Source: Setoptus koraiensis
Taxonomy: Eukaryota > Animalia > Arthropoda
DNA length: 64,000 nucleotides
Assembly: GCA_048013815.1 (NCBI GenBank)
Contig: CM106585.1
Span: 2,108,001-2,172,000, forward strand
Reading direction: 5' to 3'
Below are positions 34,108 to 47,900 of this stretch, piece by piece; position 1 is the stretch's first letter; every line of letters begins with the position of its first letter. The notes beneath the pieces were generated by a model. That model was not told where the DNA came from. It ran no database searches and worked only from the letters and a program-made list of their open reading frames with translations. Both the position numbers and the translations under genes were made by a program.

Positions 34108-34398
34108 CACTGGCCGCACCGGCCCATGCCAGCTATACGCTGCATGGCGCTGTATGTGTGTCGCGGCCGGTTTACCTGTGCCGAGCACGCTATACTGGCC
34201 GCCATCCACTGCACACTCACAACCATATACTCACGAGTATGCGCTGGTCAGTTTGAACGTTGCAACTCGCGCAAACTTGTTGTCAAACTGTGCCCATCTC
34301 AGCGCATCTGTGCAAATATCTAAACTAATAAATCTAAACTGTCTCATCACAATGTTTGCTTCCTACGGCAACGGCAACGACAACGACAACAACAACAA

Positions 34399-34435
<37 letters not shown>

Positions 34436-34785
34436 AGCAAAAAACAAACACGTGCTGACGTCCAATGCGCCCCACACGGTCTACTTTTGGGCTACTTGTG
34501 CGCGCTACGTTTGTTTGTGTACCGTTTGTGTGTGTGTGTGTCCGTCTGACAGATCGTGGCGATTTTATCCCTGAGATGACATGTTCAAGTTACAGTTAGT
34601 TGAACTGTTTGCACCGTTTGCGCCGGTTCCACTAGTTGCCAATCATGTCGCTACTGTGCCGCCATAACTGGTGCCAGTGCCAGCGCCTTTGCCAAACCGA
34701 CAACGGACCCACCACCGACAATTGGTGCGACGATTAATTAGATTTATTTGACCCTCTTCCGGTTGTGTGTCCGCCGCCAATTAGC

Positions 34786-34820
<35 letters not shown>

Positions 34821-34910
34821 ACACATGCCACACATGCTATGCATGCTGCTTCGTGTGCGCCCGCCACAGCTAATTGACTCCTGTCCGTCACTTAATCAGC
34901 CCCGCATCTT

Positions 34911-35000
34911 CCAAATTGTCGAGAATCGTCAGCAATTGTCGAGAACTGTCGAGAATTGTCGAAAATTGTCAAAAATTGTCAAAAATTGTCAGAAACTGTC
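34911..35000. repeat. 10-bp tandem array NNNAA(T/C)(T/C)GTC x9
   Basis: Nine consecutive 10-mers ending in GTC (ccaaattgtc, gagaatcgtc, agcaattgtc, gagaactgtc, gagaattgtc, gaaaattgtc, aaaaattgtc x2, agaaactgtc). Confidence 0.9.
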
Positions 35001-38000
35001 AGGGCTAATCTGATGCGAGCTTGTGAATGGGTGGACGGAACACACATGTGGCGCATCCGTTGCATCAAGTGCATTTAATTATATCAATTTGGCCGATGAA
35101 CCCACACACTTGTAACAAGTGACTTGTTGATGAATGTCGACAAAGCTGACACAAGTGCAGCCAAAAGTGCGAATAATTGCAATGTGCCATTTGCCCAATT
35201 AACCTGCTGACCAGCTACTTAACTCGACCAACAGACTCTGGTTTGCAGAGTAACTCTTCTCTTGTCGCTCACTTATCGCGCATCGCGGACATCGTGATTC
35301 ATCGCCAATTAATTAGCAATTGATTAATGAGCAATCAATAATGATTATTGGTGATCCAGCCATAACCAGCAATAACCAGCAATAACGAATCTTGACCAGC
35401 GCGCATCACAAGCAACGTGTGTGCAGCGTGTGTCGCGTTGTCAATTTGGCTCATCGATTATGTTGCACTGACGATGTTGCCAGTTCCGTTATTTTTCGCT
35501 TTATTAGCCAGTTGCTGTTGAGTGTGTCGCCAGTGGCATCGACTGGCGCAAAACTCGGTGTGTGGCAGCTTCGATTTGATTAATTTATTTTAATCATCAT
35601 TTTATTTATTTTAACGTGGCCAACACGTTGACAGCAGCATCGTGTAAGCTCACAAGCGCGACAAACACTCACACCACACAAGCTACCTGTGGCTAGAGAA
35701 AGAGAGAAAGAGGGACGCACCTATCAGAAATTAGCCGCTGCTCAGCTGACCGGCCATTGATGAAACAATCAAACAATAACGACATTCTGCTTGCGATTGT
35801 TGGTGCGCCGGCCAACAGTCGGTCCGTTGAGTAGATGGGTCCGTTCAGTGGATGGGTCCGTTCAGGTGAGCAGAAGCCGTCTGAGCGGACCTAGCGACAA
35901 TAGAGACATCAATATCATGAGCATTTATTCAGTAGTGCCGACTGGTGCCGCTGTCACGTGCTCAGCTGACAGCGTTGTGAGTCGGGAAAAGTGAAAAAGT
36001 TAACGGGAAGCCGCCAAGATTACCGCTAGCTGATATTGGCAATTCAATGCTGACAATGACACATTCCATTGAATTGTTGGGCACACACACACATGGTGAC
36101 AATCCGACGAGAACGCACCGGCACACTGATACAGGCACAGCAATACAGGCACAGCGATACAGGTACAGTTACACAGGTGAGCTAGGTGCTACCGGGTACT
36201 ACCCGCCCCAGGTAGCCGGCGGGTAGCTGGCGGCACCCAACGGGTAGACGGCGCTGGAAGAGTCAATTTAAGCGACAGCCAAAGCCAAAGCCCAAAGCCC
36301 AGCGAGCCGCAGAGCCGGGCCCAACGAGTAGCTGACTAATGACGACGATGATTAAAATGATGGGCTCATCACCGCAAAACAAACGACCATAATCCTTTGC
36401 TTCTCACACACACCGAGCCCTGCCTTGCCCTGTCAGCTCACCTTGGCTCACAGCCTTATCAGTTCGGTTTGATTTGGCTTGATTTGGCTCGGTTTGGCTC
36501 GGTTTGGTGCGACGCAGCAAACTGATCGGTGTGTCAACAACAACGACCGAGCCCAATTTAATCAGCTGACACAGCACACAGGGTGAAGCTCGCGCGTCCG
36601 GCGATTTGGGTTGGGCTCAGGCCGAAGCGCCAGAGCCGGTGAGCGGCCTCGAGGCGCACCAGCAAAGAGCCAACAGGAACACAAACACAACGGGCACAAA
36701 GGTGACATTCTCTGTCACATTGTTTGCTCTTTGTGCGCGTTCGAATTCTCTCTCTGTGGAAATCGAACGCGCACAATCTCTTGTCTGTTGTCGCGCGCTG
36801 CAAGCGATCGCCAATGTTTCAATGTTCCAACTCGGACGGGCCAACACTGACAAGGCTTGTGCGCCATCGAATCGCGTTGCCAGCGCGCGTTCCATCGTGT
36901 TCCGAGGCTCGTCGACGGCCGCCGACGGCCGCCGATAGCCGCCGATAGCCACAGATAGCGCGCCAGCATTCGGCCGATATTTGATCGATTCAAATCGATT
37001 GATTCAACACTGGCTGTTGTTGTCGCTGTTTGTTGTTGCTGCTGCTTCGGCCGGCCGGTTGCTCGGCTGTTCGGTCGCTCGGCTGCTCGGCTGTTTGGCC
37101 GCTTGGTCAACTGTGTTTGCTCAGGCACACACAATCGCAGCGCGATTGTGAGCCGGCCAAAGCAAGCGTGTGAATATGGGTGGCGGCAACAGCGACACAA
37201 CAACAACAACACAACAACATCACAGGTAAAATAGCAGGCAAATTAAATCAATTCAAACAATTCGCTTCAACAGCGACAACAACAACAGCGACAACAGCGA
37301 CAACAACAACAGCGACAGCGTATAATATAATACTGGCCACTGGTGAGCACGTTATAAAGAACGCGCAAACACGCGTTTGCACGTTTCATAACTAGCTGAG
37401 TACGAGACTGTGCGAGATTGTGGATGATTGTACGGGCGAGCGATAGGGTGAGAAAGGTACACACAGTGGCTCGAAATAGAAAACAATTTCGCATAAATCC
37501 ATTGACACTTACTGTATTGACTCGGCCAACGGCACACACCACAGTCGCCTATTTACCTGTGCCATCCGCTGTATCCATTATTATGTGTGTGTGTGTGTCA
37601 ACAGAAAATAGCCACTGGCGGCCTCATCAAGCCGGGCCTCGCTCTCTGTCTCGCTCAGACTGACCGCCGACCAATTATCCGCGCCTCATTATACATATCG
37701 TCACCAATTATGTTATGCATGTCATTGTGGGCACCATTATAGGCACGTTCGCCGGCGTGATCATATTTAAAGCTCTTGCCAGCGCGGTCATGCAACTCGT
37801 ATGATACAAGACTCTGGTTACTCGAGTCTGGTGGCGAGAGTCGCCGCCGAGTAGGCGCCCACCGCCAATGAGTCACCGGGCGTCACACTGTCATTTCTGC
37901 GAATCTGTGTTGCTCATCTCGTCTCGCTGCTACCTTAGCCGATTTATCTGGCTTAGACTCGGCCGAGATCCAGTCGAGATTCGGCCGAGATCTAGAGAGA

Positions 38001-39343
38001 TCGAGAGAGATCGATTCTGCCGAGACACGCCACTGAGCGACAATTTTTGTGTGTGACGGCCACATGAAAAAAGCCATCGATTTGTCGGGCCATTAAGCCA
38101 AGTTCGGGCTTTGTAGGATGGCCAATGGAGTGGGTCGCATGCGAGCCAATGTCGCCATTGATTAATTGTAATGTTGCACGCAATAATGGTTACAACAGGT
38201 AGTGCGGTTAGCGGATATATTATAGACAGACAGACAGGCAGACAGATAATTTACATAGACACGACAAGAGTTAATAGCTTATAAATAAATTATTATGCTC
38301 CTATTATGTTGTTGTTGTTGTTGTCCTTGTTGGGCAGCAAACTGACTACTTGAGCAAACTGAGCATGTGAGCTAACAAGCGCGCTATGGCCGCAATTAAA
38401 ATATATAGCTGCAAAAATATTGCGGCTGGTATTCACAGTGGCTTAGTTGTCACATACTAAAAAACTGATGTCAACTCGCAGATAAATCGCCGTACATGCC
38501 ATTGCCGGGCACAGGCATGGTCGAGAGGCATAAAGATAAGAACAAGTTGAGTTTGCTGATCTGACAAACATTTTTGTGCGAGTAGAACAGCAGCGAATTT
38601 TATTAGGTGACACACACGGATTTTATCAGACACACACACACACTATTGATAGTTGTTGTTTGTGTCGCAAGAATATTAATTATTTATTTATGTGTGTGTG
38701 TGTGTTTGTGTGATGCAATGAGCCATTGCTCACGTCAGTATATATAGCAGGCGAAATTGCGATGAAGTTAGTTTTTGGTTGGTCAGTTCAGTCTGCTGAC
38801 AAAGCAACAGCGAAACAGGTCTTGTGCGGACGAACTCGATCGATTCGAACGGCACGGGCGGCATACATTACGACGACGACACCTATTTGTGTGTATACAC
38901 ACACACACAGTAGATACACCTGTCAACTTGCAAAATATCTCTCTCCACTGTCCACCGGTATCCGCTGTCCACCGGCGTCCACTGTCCACCGGCGTCCACT
39001 GTCCTCTGACAGCCACTGTCCACTGACAGCCACACCGACAGCTGATAGCATCAGCCGCTCAAACGGACAGACGTGTCGCAATGATGCAACTGGAATAGTA
39101 ATTGATATTGGCCATAATTGGCGACAAAGGCCAACTGTGGCCAGCACTATACATATACTGCTGTATATATCGCTGTTGCGCAATATTACGCAACACTGGC
39201 CAGTGCAGCCTGTGTGTGTGTGAACAATCAATCACTGACTTGTGATCATCAGCAGCGGCAGCGCGTCACTTCGAGCCGCCGCCGCCGAAACATGATACAA
39301 TCTTTGTGCTTCTTTTATCCGCTTTTACCTGTTGCCTCCCTCT

Positions 39344-39463
39344 GCTTCTTTTCGCTGCTTCTTTTCGCTGCTTCTTTTCGCTGCTTCGTTGGCTGCTTCT
39401 TCGTCCGCTTCTTCGGCCGCTTCTTTGGCCGCTTCTTTGGCTGCCTCTTTGGCCGCTTCTTTA
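39344..39463. repeat. 12-13-bp degenerate array GCTTCTTT(TCGCT/GGCC)
   Basis: About 9-10 units. Source of the spurious KKRP-repeat ORF 39315..39530. Confidence 0.8.
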
Positions 39464-42400
39464 GATGCTGCTCGTTGTGTTGGCCCGAACTGCATTGGCG
39501 GTCATTTGGCCGGCCGTGATGAGAAGGCATGAGGCGAGGTCAGTTTGGTGTGGTGCCGATATTTAGCCATTTCAGCTTATGTCAGTTGCTTGTGTTGGCC
39601 CGGCCGACACTTGTCTCGCTCAGCTTCAAACGATTGCGTCATGATTTATTACCTTCAGCAAACGTTTTTTGTTTGCTCGCTCGCTGGCTCGCTGCTTGCC
39701 TGAGCCAGAATTGTACGTGCCCAGTTGCACACAGTGAGTGATGTTTAGATTAATTGAAATCTTTGCGCCGGTCACCAGTTGTTTGATTGTTGTTCTGTGC
39801 AGCGTGTGGCGATCTAGTGGCGAACAGTCAATAGAATCGACCCGGCAACAGGCAACCATTCGAGCCGACAATTCCAACCGAATGGAAATGGCTCGACATG
39901 AAACGTTGAAATTAACTAAACTGTGTGCCGCCCAGCGCAAAGAATGCCCGTCCGACGATATCCGATTACGTCCTTTTAGCTTCGCAAACACTCGCTGCTA
40001 GCTTAGTGGACGCAGCCGGTCGGTCAGTCGGCCGGCCGGCCGGCGGTTGCGAGTCGCCAGTTGTGGCACGCGGATTATCTCTCGCTTTTTCTCGCCTCTG
40101 TCGCTCTCTGTCGCTGTCTGGCTTCGCTGGCTTCTCTCGACGGTGCGTGTGTGTGCCCCTGAACTGCTGTTGTTGTTGTTGTTTTTGGCCACTTGTTCGC
40201 CTGGCGCTTGTTAACTGGCTCAGGTGAATGGCAGACACACAAAGAAGCAGGCAAAAAATACTGTCATATTTTTTCTTTTCGCTCGTTTGCATCTGATTGA
40301 ATTGATCACGCTCGCTGCACCATTTAAGTCGCAACCACTGACGCTCAGCCTGCGCGCAAGCCTGCACCGGCTGCACGGCCAATGGTGCAAAGTGGACAGC
40401 CAATGGCCCGGTAAGAGGAGACAACGTCACACGAGCCAACGTCCAGTTTAGTTGCGATACGTAATTGGACTTCGTGCTGTGACGCGATGCCGTCGTTCTC
40501 TCCGGCCGGCCGCGTCCGCGGAAGCCGAGCAAACGAAGCGGCCGAAGCCGACGAAGGAGCCGAAGCAGCGAGAGACAAGTTTCGCTCGTAAGAGCGCCTT
40601 CTTTTGGCCGGGGTCTCCGGCTAACGCCGGCGACTGTATGCATAAGCTGCGTCTATATTGTGCGAGTTTGTTAGTTTGTTAGTGGCGCTACGAGAGCCGA
40701 AGAGGCACACAGAAGAGCGCGCAAGGTGAAGAATCGATCATGAGATGAGATTGAGATTATTATTCAACTCGCAGCGAGATACCAAATTCATCTTCATCTA
40801 AAACGAGAGCGCAAAAACAAGCCAAAAGCAGCCAGAGCGCCGATGAGAGGAGCCGTTTTGTCCACTTGTTGGCGGCGCGGCGCCACTTGTTGCCGTTTCT
40901 GTCGCTGTTGTTGCCGGTTGTTGCTGCTGTTGCCAGTGTCGCTGTTGCCGGTTGTTGCTGTTGCCAGTGGTTGCCGGTTGTTGCTGTGGCCAGTGGTTGC
41001 TGGTGGTTGCCGGTGGCGCTTGCAGTGGCCGTTTCAATCATGACTTGATGAGTGGCCCATCGAGCGGCCATTTGTTGCGCTGGCCAGCGGTTGTTTGAAT
41101 GTTAAAAACAATCGCGCAATGTTGTTTGCCATTAATGAGCCAATAACAGTGAGAGCAGTGAGAGTTGCTCACTTCACAATTATCATCGGCCAACAACAAA
41201 TCACCGCCACCAACTGACCATTGCAACCACCGCCAGAGACACCAATACACAACCGATGCACAACCGATGCACAAGCGACGCACCACCGACGCACCGCCGA
41301 TGCTCCGACCAACGGACGGCGAGCCCACAAAACGACCCACTGACCACCGCCGCGCCGCCACTTCCTTGGCAAACTCAAACTCGGCGGGGCTTCCGCTGCA
41401 CGGCCTCATTTGTGGGCTTATATCGGCCCTTATCGAGCACTCAAATGGCTCCCATTTGCGTCTGTGTACGTATGTTTGCTTTTTATTTGATACTTGTTTC
41501 CATTGGCGCGCCAGCACCGATCGGCCGGCACAAACAATGCGCGGCGCGACTGGTCAAGCGACCCTCTCATCAATTGCAATTGCCAGAGGTGTCTCGGTGG
41601 CCGCTCAATCGTTCCAATTAAGTGATAGATATTTCTAATAGATTGTTGCTGCAGATTATTGTGGCAACGCGGCTCGATAGCAATGAGCGACTCGAATTGA
41701 TTTCGAGCGTATCGACGCGCGTCCAATCGACTTTATGCGAGTCAATCGAGGAGACGCCCACGCCTCGATTGATTTGCGTCGTGTTGCGTCGTGTTGCGTT
41801 GCGTTGCGTTTTGTTGCCCGCGTTCAATCTGACAGCGGCACATTTAACAGTTGAGTTGCCTGGCCGATCAAACGCAGCGCAGCGCGGCGCAACTCAACTT
41901 CTGGGGCGTTGCGTAATAATGTTTCCCATTGGCCGCTGGGCTGGCGCTGGTGGCGTTAAAATCGTTTAGTCAGTTTATTATTATTGCCCTATTATGTATA
42001 CAGATATATATACACACGAGTGTGCATATAGCAACGCATAAGGTCAGGCGCAACAACGAACAGGTGTAATAGTGCAATGGCGACTATTACCTGGCTCTCT
42101 GCACCTGTCAGGCCCGAAGTCAGCAGCTTTTGATGTAATCGCCGGTCTCACTGTTGGTGTGCTTGTTGTTGGTGTTGCTGTCGCTGGTGTTGCTGTTGCT
42201 GTTGCTATTGGTGTTGTTGTTGCTAGTGTCGTTGTTGTCGTTGTTGACCTATTGTAAATTAAATTATTTATTACTGCCAACACTTGATGTGTGCACCGAT
42301 ATCCACTGGCTGACTGGCGAGCATGTATGTAGATGCAGCACCGACAACACCGACAACAATGGCAATTTGTTGCCCACTCAAGCAACAAGTGTCAATAACG

Positions 42401-44943
42401 TAACACACAACAATTGACTTGCTCCATTATAGTCGCCTTACCTGTCCTCTGTTATATCGATCCATGTCGATCCATGTTATGCGTGCCGGCCAATGCCGAC
42501 CATTGCCCACCGATGCCGCCCGACCGGCCGCCCGACCGGCCGCCCGACCGACCAATCGACTTGCAACGGACGAACAAATAATCACACATCCACAGGTAAA
42601 TATGGTAATGTGGCAATAAACAATGCCGCTTACACAATTGCCAGCGTTGGCTCAATTGTATTATTGTGACCAACAACAGATAACACATTCAATGGAACGC
42701 ACAGGCTCAAATCTTGATATGTCGCCATTTATTATGCATTACATTTCATTATTTAAATGTCGCCCGGGCGCCACATAGAAGGACACCAATGGCGCCCATG
42801 TACAAAAGCACCTGTTGATAGCTAGAGCAGCAAATTGGATAGCCGGATGACAGTTGTCATTGGCCGGCCCGCTGGACGCATGATGTTTGTTTAAAAAATG
42901 GCGACTGTGGCGGCACCTAGTGCCCAACCAGCAACACCCGAACCTTTTCTGGTCACTATCTGGCTTGCATTACATGTGTGGATAATTAATAAATTAAAAT
43001 CAAATTATCCAATCAATATCCGTTGCAGAAGCTTGCTGACGTTTCGTTATTTCTTTTTTATTTTGCGCTTGTTGTCACAGGCAACATTTGGTATCGTCTT
43101 CGCTAATAAATCATTGCTGTTGTGAATTATGAGTCACGATTCATGAGGCATGATGGCGAAACTAACGAACTAGTTTCAGTCAATTTAAATTACGCAGCTA
43201 ATTACGCAACAAGCACCGAAGAGCCAGTAGGAAATGTCTTCTTCGGCGTCGTATCGATGACACTTATCGAACGATAAATCGCCACTTTCGCCAGAGTGTT
43301 AATGTATTATCCGTTGGATATGTGATATCTAGCCAGCAGAATAGATTATCTAGTCTAGATACCATTGCAACAAAAATGAGTTTGTCGTGCCAATAGCAAT
43401 GAGCAAATAGGTAGCAAAATGGACAAAGTGACAAATACGACACGACGAGTTGCATACACACACACACACACATACATGTACATTAACGATTTACGGTGAA
43501 TAACAAGTGTTGCTTGTTGACAAAAGCGTTCACTTCTGGTGTGTGCATTGTCAGTGATTATTATACTATTTATCTGCAAAGTTAATGAGTTAATTAGATT
43601 GTTGTTTGTACAGTGTCGCTAGCAACAATTTGTCAGGCCATCGGTCGATAAATCTATCAATCACAACAATCTTGGTATGCACAATATGTTATATGTTATC
43701 ATCATGACGGAATAATGAGCCAGCTTAGCCAGTTTAGCATGTGTAGCAAACTTGTGCCAAGAGTTGTCGTTGTTGAGCGTTAGCAAATTCTCGCAAAAAT
43801 CTTTATTGTTTTAAACCTGTCCTCTTACACTGTCACTTATATCATTAGCATTATTGTTATTGTCACTTTCTCTCTATTGTTCGTCCAGGTAGCGCATGTA
43901 AGTGAGTTTAGCTCAGGTAAAACTAGCGTACAAACTGGCAGCACTATTGGCTGGCGAATCGCGATGACGTAACCTTCCTTCTTGTCGCAATAACCACCTT
44001 GCCGGGCAATGGCGCTGCACTGAAAACTGTAGCTATGCTGTTTCTGTTGCAGCAAGACAAGTGCCGCTGCTGCCGCTGCAATGGAAACAATATCGACGAC
44101 ACCGGCACTAACAACAACAACGACAACAACGACCGTAACGGAACAAAATCTCCCTTGTGTTCATGAGGCAAACACTAGCTTGCCGTGTTGAGGCACCTCA
44201 TCAACCAAGATAAGATGCCTTATCGGCGGTGGTTCAATTCGTTTTGTGCTGGCGAGCCATTGGCCAGCTCGGCTATTGTCTACATCTAAACTGTTGTTAT
44301 CTTTAATTAGTTAATTAGTTCATGCACTCGGACAAACAGCGGAGCTGCTGTTTGACAAACGAGTCGATTTATGACTTTTTCACTTGTGAGGGAGTCACAT
44401 TAGCTTTTAGTTCGACCCACTACTACTAATAATATTACTAGCATGATATAACTACTACTAATAATACTGCTGGCACATGATATAACTATGAAATATCACA
44501 GGTAAATCACAGATAAAGGCAATATAAGACAGTTGGAATAGTTTTACTCTCAACTGTTACATCATACAACTAACGCTGTTCAATAAGGCTGTGTGCTGGG
44601 GGACTGACTACTGAATCTCACCGATGAATGTCCAACTCGAGACAGAGAGAGAGAGTACAACAAAACAACCGTTTTCACTACAACTGACTTAATTGTCACT
44701 GCGGCAAAGTATTGACATTGTATTTATTATTATTATTTAACAGTGTATGTTTTTGTTCATTCGTGTCACACATAGTCACTGAGTCGCAAGCAACAACAGC
44801 ACAATCTTGTATTATCCTGCATTATTATGGCCAATAGAAGATACAAAAAGCGCCTCAACATGAGTGTTTCTTGCGCCACGAAGAAGCCCAAAATAAATGA
44901 AAATAACTCAATAATGACCACTAGCAAATACAATCTAATTAGC

Positions 44944-47900
44944 ATGAGTTGCTTGACCACAGCAACACTACTACTTTTGGCCCCGTTAGTTTGGCCAGCC
45001 ATTTTGGCTACGTCGCCCACAGACCCGTTGTACGTAGAAAACTCAGCGCTGGCTGCACGAAACTCAATTGTCAACAATGCCACAATCAGATTGAAATCAC
45101 CAGCAACAACAGCAGCAGCGGCAACCACCGCAAGTAACAACAGTGACAACAAGTCAAATAACAGCACTGAAACAACTACTACGACAACAACAAAACGATC
45201 GGACAAACAAGATCTGAGGCAAGCTGGCTCGGTGATTGGCGCACTCGGCAAGAGAATGCAACACGAGTTTATGTCGCGCATCTACTCACTCAAAGATCTA
45301 ATTAAGATGCCCAGCGAACCGGAAGTTGTGAAAGTGACAGTGTTGCCAATAGACGAAGCCAAGTCGGCCTTTGTAAAGAAATCGCTCAGTCTGGCCAGTG
45401 AATCCATCGACGACAAACAGCAAACTTCTGCAACAAACAACAACAAGCAATTGAGTGACTATCTACCTGCCATTGATACATCTAACGTGCCCGCAGTTGA
45501 ATCGTCAAGTGTCACATCGAGCAAACAAGCTAATAATCCGACAAACAATAACAACAAACAATTGTCCGGCAACGACAAGCAAGACTTAAATGGTGACATC
45601 AACAGCAAGGCCGAAAGTCAGCATCATTGGCACACTTACAATCAGGCACACGAAGAACAAATCGGATCGCTCGCTCCCATCACGTTGCCTCCCTTGTCTG
45701 AGGTGCCTCCGGCGGGCAGCGAGGCCGCAGCGGCACACGCGCAACACATGGACCATCGGGTCGAGTCGGCGGCCGCGTCGCCCGAGCCGGGCGACGGCGA
45801 CAGCACGGTAGAACAGAAGGTGGCATTACACAACACCAAGGTACTAAAGAACAGACACGAGATGGGCGGCGGAAGTCATGGTCTGAGCGAGCTTTTGTTG
45901 CAAGATTTGCCACCTTCGCCGCACTCGCACGCTCATCACGAGGAGCGCCAAGAGCACAACGAGCATTTAGAGCACCACGAGCAACTCGAGCACCACGAGC
46001 AACCGGAACAGCACGAGCACGAGCTGCATCACAACGAGCACCCCCATGAGCATCATCACGAGCAACCCCATGAGCAGCATCACGAGCAGCATCATGAGCA
46101 GCATAACGAGCAGCCTCATGAGCAGCAGCACGAACAACTCGACAGGCAACATCACGAGCATGAGCAGCACAACCAGGCACAGCACCAGGAACAGCAGGGC
46201 GACGCTGTGCAAGCGGAACATCAGGGCCCCGAGGTACAAATAGAGCATCAGGTGTATCCGGCGCACTTGGGCCACAGCGTACAAATTGAGAACGGTCAGC
46301 AGGAACAGGCCGCAGTTGGGGCCGACCAGCAGCAGGGCCACGAGCAAGCGGACGGGTACCAGGGCCACCAGCGACAGCAGCATCACCAGCACGAGCAACA
46401 GCAGCAACAACTGGAGCAACAGCAGCAACAACACGAGCAACTACAACAACAACACGAGCATCAGCAGCAACAACTGGAGCAACAAGCACACGGCGAGCAG
46501 CATGGCTACCACGGGGGCCCCTCAGAAATGAGAGAGCACGAGCAGAGCAACGAGAACGCGCAAGCCGATCAGGCGGATCGCCACGACAGCAACTACCAAC
46601 AACAAGCGGACAATGAGCATCATTACGGGGGCCACTATCAGCCTGACCACGAGCGGGGCGGACACGTGGAGGAGGCCAGCGAGCAGCGGGGATACCGTCA
46701 ATCGGTCAGCGGTCACGATCGCTTGGGCCAGCCGGGCGCAAAGGTGAGAGCGTCGAGCGACAAAACCAGTCAAGCCATCAAGCCGGCCGCCAGTTACGAC
46801 TCGGAGAAATACATCGAGCACATGCTGAATCATCACAATGGCCCCAACGAGCTTCACAAGGAACATTCTTGCAACGACAAACAGCATCACCATCACCAGC
46901 GACACGATCACCTCGACGAGTACCAACACCTCGACCACAAGCATTCACACGTGCCGAAACATATGCCAAAAGAAGACGAAGGTCTGCCCTACTATGATCT
47001 GGACGACAAACACGAGCCCATCAAGGAGAAAAAGATGAGCGAGCTGCAATTGCACCATCATCACAGCGATTACGCAAAGCACGAGCACAAAGACAAAGAG
47101 GCCCAGCCGAAATCTTACGAGCACGAGCAGCATCAACAGCACGTCGACGAGTACAATCAGCACGAGCCCTCCACTCACCTGGAAGAGCATCATCATCATC
47201 ACCATTACCCAAAGGCGGGCGGCGACAAATCGTCCTATGTCAAAATAGAGAAGAAAAATGAGAAAGTTGTGCAAACGGGCCACCCGATGCACCTAGAGAT
47301 TCATGTGCACCAAGACGACGAGGGCAAGGGCAAAGGCAAGGGTAAGGGCAAGGGTAAGGGCAAGGGTAAAGGCAAGGGCTGGGGCTGGGGACGAGGCAAG
47401 GGAAAGGGCAAGGGCAAGGGTAAGGGTGAGGAAGACGACGACGAGGAGTACGAGGTCCAGATACACGGTCTGGGCGGCCACGGCCATTTCGGCGATCATT
47501 CCTATTTGCAGAATCCGGCCAGCTCGATGGTCCAAGACAAAGTTGGCTCGTCGTCGCTGGACGAGGCCGTAAAAAAGGTATCGTCGGGCGGCGACATGGT
47601 GTCAGTGGATCACGGATCCAATCAATCTGATGGCGGCGAACTGTTTCCGCCGGTGCCGGCGCCACCAAAGGCAACAGAACAGCAACAAGACGACGAATTC
47701 TTTGGCGGCCGAACGGCAAGCAGCGAAGAAAGAGAGACCAACAACGAGAAAAAGAAGGGCAAAAAGAGGCGCGCATCCGCGGACAAGACAACTAAATCGC
47801 GAGACAGCCCGTCCGCTTCAGCCAAAACTCAACAGGCGCAACAGTCCGCAGGTAACGCAGCAACTGGGGCCGTCGGTGGTGGGGCCGCTGGTGGGGCCGC

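Larger units (their letters stand above)
24000..44700. promoter_or_regulatory. ~21 kb intergenic region, probable long-range cis-regulatory domain
   Basis: No ORF with a recognisable domain. Dense (CA)n, (GA)n and (CAA)n tracts, short tandem arrays and repeated CAGGTAR/CACTTG motifs. Lies 5' of both the Fat-like gene and the His-rich gene. Confidence 0.6.

Noticed and set aside
24000-44700. About 150 short ORFs in the ORF track
   Set aside because: They overlap in all frames, are built from microsatellites (CV, HT, poly-T, poly-C, poly-R), often start at GTG/TTG, and show no domain motifs.
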